Assembly: GCA_051532035.1 (NCBI GenBank)
Contig: JAOPTW010000029.1
Location: 1 to 54,550 of the forward strand
Source: Fibrobacterales bacterium
Lineage (GTDB): Bacteria; Fibrobacterota; Fibrobacteria; Fibrobacterales; JAOPTW01
Length of the DNA: 54,550 bases
Direction of reading: 5' to 3'
Shown here in pieces: positions 10,156 through 20,416 of this stretch (its first letter is position 1; each line of letters starts with the position of its first letter). The notes under the pieces were generated by a model that saw only the letters and a list, made by a program, of their open reading frames with translations, made no database searches and had not been told where the DNA came from. The position numbers and the translations under genes are program-made.

Positions 10156-10892
10156 TGAATAAGAAAGTAGCACAAGACATAGCGTTTGGAACAGGGTTTT
10201 GGTCAATCATCATCGTAATTGGGTTTGTACTTATCAACTCGATTATTATGCCCTATATATCTGGACAATATAAAGAGACCGTTATAGTACCAGATGTTAC
10301 CGATCTCACTGCTGATGAAGCTGAAGCACTTTTGGTATCCAAAGGGCTCAATTTTTCATGGCAGAGCGAAGGTCAATATTCAGCAACTATTACTAAAGGA
10401 TCAGTAATGCTTCAAACTCCTATTGCCAATAAAGTGGTTAAGGAGAACCGCACTATCTCTCTGAAAGTGAGTAAAGGCCTTAGAGAAGTAATAATACCAG
10501 AGCTTCGCGGAAAATCCCGCAGACAAGCTGAGATTTCACTTCATCAGCTAGGACTCAAAATAGGTGAGGCTGTTCGAAGCTCACACTCTCTCATACCATG
10601 GGGCGTTATTATTAGGACTGAACCAGCATCTAAGTCATTGATCACTATTGGTTCACAAGTTAATTTAGTTATATCAGCCGCACGAAAGTCAGGTACACGA
10701 GTGTTACCCAATGTAGTCGGTCTCTCATACCATAAAGCGGAGCAGATTCTCGACTCTCTTGAATTTACTATTGGAGATACAACAATGGTCTCTGATACGA
10801 CAAAACTCCCCCTTACTATTTTAAATCAACAACCGCGCTCCGGAGAATACCTCAAAAAGAATACTCAAATACACTTAACCATTGCCCAATAA
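10155..10892 (+). CDS. PASTA-domain membrane protein (3 PASTA repeats)
   Basis: N-terminal TM helix; repeats VPDVTDL, IPELRGK, LPNVVGL; GTG 10155 overlaps the crp TAG. Confidence 0.85.
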   Translation: MNKKVAQDIAFGTGFWSIIIVIGFVLINSIIMPYISGQYKETVIVPDVTDLTADEAEALLVSKGLNFSWQSEGQYSATITKGSVMLQTPIANKVVKENRTISLKVSKGLREVIIPELRGKSRRQAEISLHQLGLKIGEAVRSSHSLIPWGVIIRTEPASKSLITIGSQVNLVISAARKSGTRVLPNVVGLSYHKAEQILDSLEFTIGDTTMVSDTTKLPLTILNQQPRSGEYLKKNTQIHLTIAQ

Positions 10893-12679
10893 TGAAACTA
10901 CTCAACTATTTAGCACTGTGCATCGCAATAGCTACTGTAACTATAACCGCTGCACCACAAGCCCTTGCCGGCATAGAGAACACTATTGGATCATCCAGTT
11001 TAACCGGACGTCAGAATAGGGTTATTGCTTCGAAATATTTTATTAGAGGCCTCCACTACAACAATATTGATAGACCCGATTTCGCGTCGCTTTTTTATGA
11101 AAAAGCGTATCAATACGATACATCCAGTACCTTCCTTATTCTCGAACTTGCGAAGCTCTATGCACAGCAGAGTCAATACCTCAAGTCACTAGAAACATAC
11201 TCAAAAGCATATGCACAATTAAAAAAGCCAACATCCTCTCAAGAACAATTTTACGGATACCTCTACCAATTTAACAACAAAACTGACTCTGCTATAATGC
11301 ACTACAGTCTCTCTATTGAAAAAGATTCGAGTAATGTAGAAGCATTATACCAGTACTCTATTTTACTTGAAGAGACCAAAAACTACGACGCTTTGAGAGG
11401 AATTTACTCTCTCTTTATACCGCAAATACAATTCCCAGAAAATTATGTTGAACGCCTTGCATTACTCAACACTATTTACGGTGACTCTACGGCAAACATT
11501 ACACTATATAACGAGGCTTGGGAACACACAGGAACTGAATCATTTGGTTTTCAACTTGCAAACCTCCTCTCAAAGCAAGGTAATACAGATAAAAGCATCG
11601 AGATTCTAATCGACCTGATTGAACAGAACCCCGAAAATAAAAATGCTCTCTATGAGACCAGCCGAATCTATATAGAGAACGGAGACTTCCCCAGTGCTGC
11701 TCCCTATTTGTACAAACTCTATGCACTTGATACAACGAATATAACGTACCTTCAGAAGCTCGCCCAATTAGAATACGAAATAAATGATCTTGACTCTTCA
11801 CTCAAACACTTTTTAATTGTGACTTCAAAAGACCCTAAGAACGATCTCTCATTTTATTATATGAGTTCAATATATGCCGTATCTAAAGATCTTAACAATG
11901 CAATTATCAATATACAAAAGTCAATTGCCCTTAAACCTGCTTCTTTACTTTACAAAAACCATTTAGCAACACTCTACTATACGAGTAAAGAGTGGGATGT
12001 AGGTTTTGCTATTCTTGACACACTCATAGTTCAAAACCCTGATAAACTCAGGCCTCTTGAATATAAAATTAGCGCACTTAAATACAAAATTTTGTCACTC
12101 GCAGAAAACCCTAAGAATGATACACTCATAGTACCGCTAAAAGAGAAGATCATTGCCTTACTTCTGACCATACACAAAAGTGACCCTCTTAACACCGACC
12201 TCCTTTTTGAAATTGCTGCAAGTTTTGAACGAATTAAGCAGTTTGAACAATGTGAGCTCTACTTTATAAAACTACTCGCTCTTGATTCGAATAATCATGC
12301 CGCGATGAACTATTTAGGCTATACCCTTGTTGAACAAAATATTGACCTCCCAAGAGGAAATGCCCTTATCAACAAAGCGCTCTCCTTTGAGCCCACAAAC
12401 ATTGCTTATCTCGACTCAAAAATATGGTACCTCTACCTCACTGGCAACTATAAAAAAGCATTAGAATATATCGCTCAAATACCCAAAGGGGCCGTGCACG
12501 ATGATATCATTTTTGAACACATAGCTCAAGTGTATAACAAGCTCTCTATGATTGACAAAGAGAAGGAGTGCTGGATCGAAGTCTTCTCAATTGCGCCTGA
12601 AAACAAAAGTGCCCATGGGTTCTTTGTTAAGAATAATATTCCTCTACCAAAAGGTATAGCTCCATTAAAAGGTCAATAG
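10892..12679 (+). CDS. periplasmic tetratricopeptide repeat protein
   Basis: Signal peptide, many TPR-like helix pairs, C-terminal AMNYLGY...AYLDS..W motif. Confidence 0.85.
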   Translation: MKLLNYLALCIAIATVTITAAPQALAGIENTIGSSSLTGRQNRVIASKYFIRGLHYNNIDRPDFASLFYEKAYQYDTSSTFLILELAKLYAQQSQYLKSLETYSKAYAQLKKPTSSQEQFYGYLYQFNNKTDSAIMHYSLSIEKDSSNVEALYQYSILLEETKNYDALRGIYSLFIPQIQFPENYVERLALLNTIYGDSTANITLYNEAWEHTGTESFGFQLANLLSKQGNTDKSIEILIDLIEQNPENKNALYETSRIYIENGDFPSAAPYLYKLYALDTTNITYLQKLAQLEYEINDLDSSLKHFLIVTSKDPKNDLSFYYMSSIYAVSKDLNNAIINIQKSIALKPASLLYKNHLATLYYTSKEWDVGFAILDTLIVQNPDKLRPLEYKISALKYKILSLAENPKNDTLIVPLKEKIIALLLTIHKSDPLNTDLLFEIAASFERIKQFEQCELYFIKLLALDSNNHAAMNYLGYTLVEQNIDLPRGNALINKALSFEPTNIAYLDSKIWYLYLTGNYKKALEYIAQIPKGAVHDDIIFEHIAQVYNKLSMIDKEKECWIEVFSIAPENKSAHGFFVKNNIPLPKGIAPLKGQ

Positions 12680-12681
12680 TT

Positions 12682-13407
12682 ATGGTGATGAAATGGCACT
12701 ACATCTTATACCTATTATTGCTTATTATCCTTAATGCCTGTGCCACTACGCACCCAAAGATCGAACAATATCTTTCTAGTATTTCTCAAGAGCCGCCACC
12801 ATTTATTAAAGCAAAGTTCTCTCTGACCATTGTATCAAATGGTGAGAACAACTCTATTGATGCGGTAGCATTAGTAGCCCCCAATGAACGCTATAGAATA
12901 GAATTTTATGGACCACTGGGTATCCATGTAGGGTCATTTTTATGGAAGTATGATCAATGGCAACTCTACATCCCCGATGAAGAAAGAGTCATGACAGGTT
13001 CTGGCCCTATAATTGCACTCCCTAACATCCCTGCGATTGATGTCCATAGGCTGATGGGTCTCTTTTGGAATCAACTTCTCCCCAAGGGATGGAATACCGC
13101 CGGCAGTGAAGCTACTGGAAGTCAACACACACTTACGTGGTCTGACTCTCAGTACCGTTACTCTGCAACTATAGACCAAAAAAGTGGAGAAGTAGAGCGC
13201 GTACACGTAGAATACAATGGTGCACTGGAAGTCATTCACTACAGTGACTATGCGTCATTGTCATCCTATATACTTCCTCAAACTACCACACACACGTTAT
13301 CAAATGGATCATCATTGACGATACATCTCTCATCAATAAATCTTTCGAAAAAAGAAAAAGAGAAGTACTGGACTCTAAAACTCCCTGAAGATGTAACCAT
13401 TAATTAA
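12682..13407 (+). CDS. LolB/DUF4292-like lipoprotein
   Basis: Lipobox LNAC; RIEFYGPLG; follows the TPR gene as in TPR-lolB-type operons. Confidence 0.6.
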   Translation: MVMKWHYILYLLLLIILNACATTHPKIEQYLSSISQEPPPFIKAKFSLTIVSNGENNSIDAVALVAPNERYRIEFYGPLGIHVGSFLWKYDQWQLYIPDEERVMTGSGPIIALPNIPAIDVHRLMGLFWNQLLPKGWNTAGSEATGSQHTLTWSDSQYRYSATIDQKSGEVERVHVEYNGALEVIHYSDYASLSSYILPQTTTHTLSNGSSLTIHLSSINLSKKEKEKYWTLKLPEDVTIN

Positions 13408-13434
13408 ACAGTACCACACAATACATAGGCACTT

Positions 13435-16400
13435 ATGCGCTTTTTAGTTTTTCTATTTATTACACTTATTCCTCTTGCATCACTCTTTAGCTTTCCTCTC
13501 TTTAAAACAACGTTTAACAACCAACCCGATACTCTTGAAGTGATTGTACTCAAGGTTGCATTTCAAGAAGGGGATTCTCAATACATTACAGGGAATGGGT
13601 CATTTAACTCAGATAAAATATTTGAAGGTTATAACCTCGAACAACCGGGAGACAGGGACACCGAAACCTATTGGTTGCAGCAATTTTCTACAACTAATAA
13701 ATGGTTACACTCAGTCTCAAATAATCAACTCACTTTAAAAGCAGATATCTACCCTAAGGATAGCTCAGCCTACATACTTCCAAGGCAGATGATTGGCTAT
13801 GGACGAACACAAAGAACAGACGATGAAAAAGCTGCACAATTTGACTCTACCCGAGCACTACTCTATATGGAATTCATTGGCGACGCAGTACAATCAGTTA
13901 CAAACTCAACGGAGAATCCTTTTTTAAAAACCCCTCCTGCAGCGAATGTCCATCGGGTTTATATGCTCCTTCATGCAGGATCTTCTCGATACTCCGATGG
14001 TGGAACTCTGGGCCTGAGCAATGCAGATAGCCCAGGTGACTTTATAGACTTTTTCATTGCAAAAGAGGACTTTGTCTATTTGAAAGATTCAAAAGAGCAT
14101 GCTATGAGTATCAATGGTATCGCTGTTACCTCACCAAGTATCGACACAATTACTTCTGTCATGGTTGTAAGTGAACACGCCTCTCAGGATAGTCTCAACT
14201 GGGGGATCCAAGGGATTCTTACGAATCAACTTCTCAGAAGTATGGGACTTCCAAATACTTATGACATAATTGCAGGCGAATCACGCCTCGGCTTTTTTGA
14301 TGCGATGGACTTCGCGGGCCATAATGCAGTCAATGGTTTTTTCCCAACACTTCCCTCAGCTTGGCTTCGTTCTTTTATGGACTGGACGCAACCCTTTACT
14401 CCTAAAAGAACAGGAGCAATTGACACTCTATGGGTAGCTGCGCATGCACAGTCAAATCTGTGCCCCACATCAAACTGTGGCGAGATAATTAAGGTCCCCA
14501 TTAATAATGGTGAGTATCTTCTTATAGAAAATAGGCAGCGTTCTTGGACCTATGATAATACACTCATAATACAAACTATTGCCAATGGACTCCCGACGCC
14601 TTACACTTTACCCTACGACTCATTAGCTCGTCACCTTACTGAAGTGTTTAAAGGAACTATTGACTCAACCAATTCACTTGATATGGGGCTCCCTGGCTCA
14701 GGGGTTGTTATATGGCATATTAATGAGTGGCTTATTGAAGAGACCTTATCACTTGGATACGTTAACGCAACCAATGGCGACACCCTTGCCGATCACTATC
14801 CCGGCATTCAACTCCTTGAGGCTGATGGAAATGCCACAACCGGGCGAGCGGTCTCTGGCTCTGGCTTTGGAAGTCCCAGTGACCTTTTTCCTCATATAAA
14901 TGCTCAAGGCGATACAATTACGACTCTCTCAATTTCTGGTTTCACCAGTACTCAATCAATTAATGGCGGCCACTCAAATATCTCCCTCACTATCAACGTA
15001 CCAAGTACTCATGTTCAGGAGAAAAACCCCCTTCCGCACTCCCCCGCCGATACCATCATTAATTTTGAGTCCCCTCTTTTTGCCCTCACAATAGAATGGA
15101 ATCCACACACTACTATTAACAGTCAGTGGCCACGAAACACTAGAGGAAACGCATTCCCAGAGGCGCTCACTTTTTTAGATCATCCATATAATGACTCTTT
15201 AGCTCTTGTTCGCACCACCCCCAATGCACTCGCTCAACTCTTTTCGTTACCAGGTGATACTATAGCAGCATTTGCTACCCAAGGCAACAGCATTATAGAA
15301 AACAAGCTCAGACGACAGATTCCCCTTGCAGACTCAAGCATTAACCAAACACTCTTCTCTTTCAACAATAGTTCTACTCCATCAGTTTCACCTATTAGCC
15401 ATGTCATTTCTCAAAACTCAAGTATCTATACTCAAGCAATCGATGGTAGTCTAAAGGCCTATCATTTCTCTTCTGACTCTACTCTCCAGCAAGATAGCCT
15501 TACACTATCAGAGTCTGTAGGGCTTATGACTTTCGATTCACTCCTCGTTACTCTTACCTTAAAAGGGATCGTGGTATTAAACCAATCCTTAGATACCGTT
15601 GGGCATTATCTCTTTCCAAATTTTGATGCCCCTTTCGTACCCCAATCTTTTGCACAAGGAGCAACCAAATCGCCCAATACCCTACCTACTATTGCAGTAG
15701 TAGGCTCTCGAGGTCAAATAGTACTCTTTAATCCATTAGAGAGTTCATTTACTCAGATAAGTACTCCCCTTACTACCCAGCCCGATGCCTATACAATAGT
15801 AGTGAGTGACTTTAATAGAGACGGTATTGACGACAGTTTTATTCTCGGCTCACGAGGTGATGCCGCCATTGTACCACTCAATAGTTCTTTTATCGAACCA
15901 ACACCCCTGACCTATGAAAGAAGTGATAGTAGCAGTGCTGCTCTTGGTGATATAAATAATGATGGGTATATCGACATTATTTTTACCGGAGATAACAGAC
16001 TCTATGCAATAGATTATAATGGTGCACTCATTGACGGTTTTCCATTTTACTATTCAAAAACCTATCTTCAAAACTTTTTAGGTTTTGCAGATTATCCTCC
16101 TGGTACGATTCAATCATCTCCTGTAATTGCTGATATTACCGGAGATTCCCTCCCCGAAATACTTTCGGCCACTCCAGAAGGTTCACTCTATGCTGTGACA
16201 CACAAGGGGCAACTTCTGGCTTCTCCAACAACACTCCCTGGTACTCCTACTACTCTCTGGCCTCAGACTATCGCTTCAGTAAGTTATGCCGACTCTCTCC
16301 GCTCCCCCTATGGTTCTCTTGCAGCGACTCAATCAAAAGACAACTCAGGCCTCCAACTCTTTATTGCCTACGCCCATTCTACTACGCAATTACATTTCCC

Positions 16401-16797
16401 TCTTGCGAACCACTCACCCAATCAGTGGTTAGAAGTCGGAGCAGTATCTCAACGTACTCACTATTTTAATGCGTCACTCCTTAAAAAACCGAATAACAGT
16501 ACTGGTGTTCTAGCAATAGACTCATTTTATGTCTATCCAAGTCCTATTACACAGAGTGAAGCCTTTGTACATCTTTCACTGGGTGATAACGCTACTCAGG
16601 CAGAAGTTTTCTTTTATGATGTTGCAGGATACGTCGGTTATCACACAACATTTGATCAATTAGTTTCGGGTAAAAACCCTCGGTTACCACTCAATCTTAA
16701 TCGATTGGGTAATGGCATATACGCAGTATCTATAACGGTAACCTTTGTAAATGGATCTCAGGTTACAGCCTGGGACAGAGTTGGAGTAGCACGATAA
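13435..16797 (+). CDS. secreted M6 (immune inhibitor A)-like protein with FG-GAP repeats and T9SS-type C-terminal domain; zinc motif degenerate
   Basis: LLHAG, GLPNTYD, SAWLR, EYLLIENRQ, GVVIWHI, IQLLEADG; FG-GAP-like SDFNRDGIDD, GDINNDGYID, ADITGDSLPE; CTD FYVYPSP...FYDVAG. Confidence 0.7.
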   Translation: MRFLVFLFITLIPLASLFSFPLFKTTFNNQPDTLEVIVLKVAFQEGDSQYITGNGSFNSDKIFEGYNLEQPGDRDTETYWLQQFSTTNKWLHSVSNNQLTLKADIYPKDSSAYILPRQMIGYGRTQRTDDEKAAQFDSTRALLYMEFIGDAVQSVTNSTENPFLKTPPAANVHRVYMLLHAGSSRYSDGGTLGLSNADSPGDFIDFFIAKEDFVYLKDSKEHAMSINGIAVTSPSIDTITSVMVVSEHASQDSLNWGIQGILTNQLLRSMGLPNTYDIIAGESRLGFFDAMDFAGHNAVNGFFPTLPSAWLRSFMDWTQPFTPKRTGAIDTLWVAAHAQSNLCPTSNCGEIIKVPINNGEYLLIENRQRSWTYDNTLIIQTIANGLPTPYTLPYDSLARHLTEVFKGTIDSTNSLDMGLPGSGVVIWHINEWLIEETLSLGYVNATNGDTLADHYPGIQLLEADGNATTGRAVSGSGFGSPSDLFPHINAQGDTITTLSISGFTSTQSINGGHSNISLTINVPSTHVQEKNPLPHSPADTIINFESPLFALTIEWNPHTTINSQWPRNTRGNAFPEALTFLDHPYNDSLALVRTTPNALAQLFSLPGDTIAAFATQGNSIIENKLRRQIPLADSSINQTLFSFNNSSTPSVSPISHVISQNSSIYTQAIDGSLKAYHFSSDSTLQQDSLTLSESVGLMTFDSLLVTLTLKGIVVLNQSLDTVGHYLFPNFDAPFVPQSFAQGATKSPNTLPTIAVVGSRGQIVLFNPLESSFTQISTPLTTQPDAYTIVVSDFNRDGIDDSFILGSRGDAAIVPLNSSFIEPTPLTYERSDSSSAALGDINNDGYIDIIFTGDNRLYAIDYNGALIDGFPFYYSKTYLQNFLGFADYPPGTIQSSPVIADITGDSLPEILSATPEGSLYAVTHKGQLLASPTTLPGTPTTLWPQTIASVSYADSLRSPYGSLAATQSKDNSGLQLFIAYAHSTTQLHFPLANHSPNQWLEVGAVSQRTHYFNASLLKKPNNSTGVLAIDSFYVYPSPITQSEAFVHLSLGDNATQAEVFFYDVAGYVGYHTTFDQLVSGKNPRLPLNLNRLGNGIYAVSITVTFVNGSQVTAWDRVGVAR

Positions 16798-18653
16798 TGG
16801 CAGAAGTGATAGTTAATGTACAGGGACTTTGTAAGGCATGGGGTGAAAAAGTTCTCTTTGAATCCATGGATGTCAGTATTTTAAAAGGACAAAAAACGGC
16901 CTTTCTTGGCATTAATGGCTGTGGTAAATCGACTCTCATGAGGATTATTGCAGGTCTTGAAGATGACTTTGTTGGTGAAGTGATCATGCGAAACAATTTA
17001 CGTGTTCATTACCTCCATCAAGATGCCGACCTTGCCAAAGGGAACTCTATTATTGACTACATATGTAGTAGTAAAGGCATCGATGGCGATGTAGTTCTCC
17101 AATACCACAATGCGATACTGAGTGGAGAAGGAATTGGGGAGGCAGAAGAAGAACTGAATAGGCATCATGGTAGAGAGCTTTATTCTGAAATAAAATCTCT
17201 TGCAGGCAGATTAGACATAAACCTTGATGCTACCTTTAATGGTTCCCACTCTGGTGGTCAGTTAAAAAAAATACAGCTTGTCCAAGCACTTACCCATAAG
17301 CCCGACCTGCTCCTTCTTGATGAACCTACGAATCATCTCGACGATTCTACCATTATTTGGCTCGAGAGCTATCTAAAAAACTTCAGTGGCACACTCATGA
17401 TGGTGACACACGACCGATATTTCCTCAATCGTGTTGTAAACCATACTATTGAACTTTGGCGAGGGAGCGCCTATGGGTATACCGGGAACTACGACTACTT
17501 TTTGGAGAAAAAATCTGAACTCGAAGCGCAACTCGCGCGTGAAGATGAAAAGCGACAATCTTTTTTAAAAAAAGAAATTGACTGGATTCGGCGTGGCCCC
17601 AAAGCTCGTGGAACAAAGGCAAAATATCGTATCGATAAATTTAACGACGCTGCCTCTAAAGAACGATTCAAAACCGATTCTGGAATGGCACTCAATCTCG
17701 ATTCAACTGAGCGTCTCGGCAAAACTATTTTAAAACTTCATAATGTCAGTAAATCTTTTGGCGACCATTCTCTCTTCTCAGACTTTTCTTTGGAGCTCAT
17801 TAAAGGAGACCGTATTGGTATCATTGGCCCTAATGGCTGTGGCAAAACAACACTACTCAAAATAATTTTAGAAAAAATTGAAAGTGATAGTGGGAAGGTG
17901 ATTCACGGAGTCAACACCAAGATCGCATATTTTGACCAAAAGAGAGATACACTCGACCCAGAACAAACAGTATGGAAACATATCGGTGGAGACAGTGACC
18001 ACGTCTATTGGGGTGATCAAAAAATCCATAAAAGAAGTTTTTTAGAGAAAATGCTTTTTAGCTCTGAACTACAAAATACCAAGATTGAGCGTCTCAGTGG
18101 TGGTGAAAAAAACAGGCTTCAGTTAGCCGAAGTGATGCTCACTCCATCAAATGTCTTGATACTCGACGAACCTACCAATGACCTCGACATCTATAGTCTT
18201 CAAGTATTAGAAGAGACCCTTAGAGATTACCCCGGTTGTGTGATTATTGTGTCTCATGATCGATATTTTTTAGATAAGATATGTACATCAAGTATCCTAT
18301 TTAACGGTGGTTCAGTTTACTCAATGCCAGGCAGTCATAGTTATTGTATGGAGTGGCTAAAAGAACAGCAGAGAATTGCAGCACCTGTAAAAAATAGTTC
18401 AACTGCAACGAAAGTAAAAAAAGAATCACTCTCATATACAGAAAAGAAAGATCTTGAAACCATTGAAGAGACCATATTAGAGCGAGAAGAAGATCTTGCC
18501 AGTGCAGAATCGAAACTTGCTGATGCATCTGCAACTAATAATATCGATAGTATTCAAGAGTTTCACACATTGAGTGATACACTCCGCGATGAAGTGACTG
18601 CTCTCTATGAGCGCTGGGACTACTTAGAAGAGAAGAAGAGTCGTATTGCCTAA
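16797..18653 (+). CDS. ABC-F family ATPase (Uup-like)
   Basis: Two Walker A motifs (GINGCGKS, GPNGCGKT), SGG signatures, LDEPTN twice, no TM segments, C-terminal coiled coil. Confidence 0.9.
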   Translation: MAEVIVNVQGLCKAWGEKVLFESMDVSILKGQKTAFLGINGCGKSTLMRIIAGLEDDFVGEVIMRNNLRVHYLHQDADLAKGNSIIDYICSSKGIDGDVVLQYHNAILSGEGIGEAEEELNRHHGRELYSEIKSLAGRLDINLDATFNGSHSGGQLKKIQLVQALTHKPDLLLLDEPTNHLDDSTIIWLESYLKNFSGTLMMVTHDRYFLNRVVNHTIELWRGSAYGYTGNYDYFLEKKSELEAQLAREDEKRQSFLKKEIDWIRRGPKARGTKAKYRIDKFNDAASKERFKTDSGMALNLDSTERLGKTILKLHNVSKSFGDHSLFSDFSLELIKGDRIGIIGPNGCGKTTLLKIILEKIESDSGKVIHGVNTKIAYFDQKRDTLDPEQTVWKHIGGDSDHVYWGDQKIHKRSFLEKMLFSSELQNTKIERLSGGEKNRLQLAEVMLTPSNVLILDEPTNDLDIYSLQVLEETLRDYPGCVIIVSHDRYFLDKICTSSILFNGGSVYSMPGSHSYCMEWLKEQQRIAAPVKNSSTATKVKKESLSYTEKKDLETIEETILEREEDLASAESKLADASATNNIDSIQEFHTLSDTLRDEVTALYERWDYLEEKKSRIA

Positions 18654-18657
18654 AATT

Positions 18658-18692
18658 AAGGCACTCCCTATTTTGAGTGCCTTGTGTTTTTT
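18658..18692 (+). terminator. intrinsic terminator
   Basis: AAGGCACTC/GAGTGCCTT stem followed by a T-rich tail. Confidence 0.7.
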
Positions 18693-18732
18693 AATATTGT
18701 ATACTTAAGTCAATCAATCATCAGTAGTAGCT

Positions 18733-19755
18733 ATGCTTTTTAGACGAACACAAACCAGCAATATGTATTTGGGTATCATCGCCCTATTCTTGGTATTTGC
18801 ATTTTTAAAAATCGCACAAACCATCATCCTTCCACTTGTACTCTCTATATTACTCGCTTTTCTACTCCGCCCCGTTATTCATTTTTTAAGAGTACGTAAG
18901 GTACCACCTGCTCTAGCATCTATTCTATCTCTGAGTCTCGTCTTTTTTATTCTAGTAATATTTAGTTCCATGCTCATTGTGCCCATTAATGATTTTATCT
19001 CTAAAATTCCTTTTTATAGCGATCGTCTCCAAGCAATATTAGCACAATTTTCAGAACCCCTCTCCTCTTTTGGCATTACACCAGACATGAGTGGTATCAT
19101 CAGTCAGATTGACCATAAAGCTATTGCATCTCTTTTTGGGCAAGGAATGGCTTCAATTATGGTCTTTTTTAAGTACGGCCTTCTAGTCTTTTTTCTCACC
19201 CTCTTCTTACTCATCGAGTCCGAACGTTTGAGTCAAAAAGCAATCACCATATTTGGGAGTGCAAGTAAAATTCCCGAGTCTATCACCAAAATCAGTAATC
19301 AGATTCAACAATACCTCCTTTATAAAACCTTGATCAGCCTTGCAACCGGTTTTTTTGTTTACATTTTACTGTCAGCAATAGGGATACATTTCGCTATTGT
19401 CTGGGCTCTTTTAACTTTTCTACTAAACTTTATCCCATCAGTTGGCTCCATAATAGCTGGGTTACCTCCAATCCTTTTAGCACTCGTTCAATTTGAGAGT
19501 CCTCTCAAATGGGCACTCATAACAATGCTCGGTATTCTCACAATACAACTCACCATTGGGAGTTATCTCGATCCACGCATAATGGGAGAGTCACTTAATA
19601 TTTCTGCTTTTGTCGTGTTTTTCTCAATGGTTTTTTGGGGTTGGATGTGGGGACCTGTTGGAATGCTTATTGGCGTACCACTCACCGTGTGTGCAAAAGT
19701 GATTTTAATACATAATCAAAGTACACGGAAAATCGCCCTTCTACTAGAAGGGTGA
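18733..19755 (+). CDS. AI-2E (PerM/TqsA) family transporter
   Basis: Multi-TM; LLNFIPSVGS, PRIMG.SL, FWGWMWGPVGMLIGVPLT. Confidence 0.9.
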   Translation: MLFRRTQTSNMYLGIIALFLVFAFLKIAQTIILPLVLSILLAFLLRPVIHFLRVRKVPPALASILSLSLVFFILVIFSSMLIVPINDFISKIPFYSDRLQAILAQFSEPLSSFGITPDMSGIISQIDHKAIASLFGQGMASIMVFFKYGLLVFFLTLFLLIESERLSQKAITIFGSASKIPESITKISNQIQQYLLYKTLISLATGFFVYILLSAIGIHFAIVWALLTFLLNFIPSVGSIIAGLPPILLALVQFESPLKWALITMLGILTIQLTIGSYLDPRIMGESLNISAFVVFFSMVFWGWMWGPVGMLIGVPLTVCAKVILIHNQSTRKIALLLEG

Positions 19756-19782
19756 TGTAGATTACATGATTACAATTTTGCT

Positions 19783-19826
19783 TAAATAGAATAAGCCACT
19801 GAGCATTCAGTGGCTTATTCTATTTA
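19783..19826. terminator. bidirectional terminator, perfect 20-bp inverted repeat
   Basis: TAAATAGAATAAGCCACTGA-gcat-TCAGTGGCTTATTCTATTTA between convergent genes. Confidence 0.8.
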
Positions 19827-19850
19827 TCATTTCAATAAACAACGATGCTC

Positions 19851-20321
19851 TTAGTCTTTTGATTTAAGACTTACCCCAACATCAAAAGTTCCTAACTCAC
19901 TTTCAAAAGGTACAATAAAAGAGAACACATCCCTCGGCTCTCTCAATGTAAGGTCATCTCCTTTGATAATAGTAGGCAATGAAATACTAATATCAAAATC
20001 TCTCAGAAATTTTTTAGCATAGCCTGCAACGATATTTGCAAGCTCACCAATTGCATCCATAGCATCATCATCAAGGGTATCAACTTTTTCACCTAAAAAG
20101 GCTGATATTGATTTTAATGCGGTATCTTTTGGAAAACTCATGGAAACGGACCCAAGTACATCTCCTGTTAAACCAATGATACCAGAAATATCATATTTAA
20201 TACCACTTCCTTGGTTTAATACCGGCTTACCTGGCTTAGGTTCAACACCCAACATGGTTTTATAGGTCTCAACCGTTGCCTTTAGAAATGGATTTACATG
20301 TTCAATACTTATCTTTGCCAT
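19851..20321 (-). CDS. cheX: chemotaxis phosphatase CheX
   Basis: VNPFL, ISGIIGLTG, DAIGELANIVAG (E-x-x-N), ISLPTII. Confidence 0.9.
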   Translation of the reverse strand: MAKISIEHVNPFLKATVETYKTMLGVEPKPGKPVLNQGSGIKYDISGIIGLTGDVLGSVSMSFPKDTALKSISAFLGEKVDTLDDDAMDAIGELANIVAGYAKKFLRDFDISISLPTIIKGDDLTLREPRDVFSFIVPFESELGTFDVGVSLKSKD

Positions 20322-20416
20322 AGAGTACTCCTAAAAAGTTCTCGTCTTTTGGACTGATTAGTATTATAATGAATATAAATAGGGAAAACCACCCTTTTCT
20401 TAGGTGACGACAAATT

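Noticed and set aside
18733..19755. AI-2E transporter as part of the quorum-sensing circuit
   Set aside because: The family name does not imply autoinducer transport for most members, and the gene is about 19 kb from the pair
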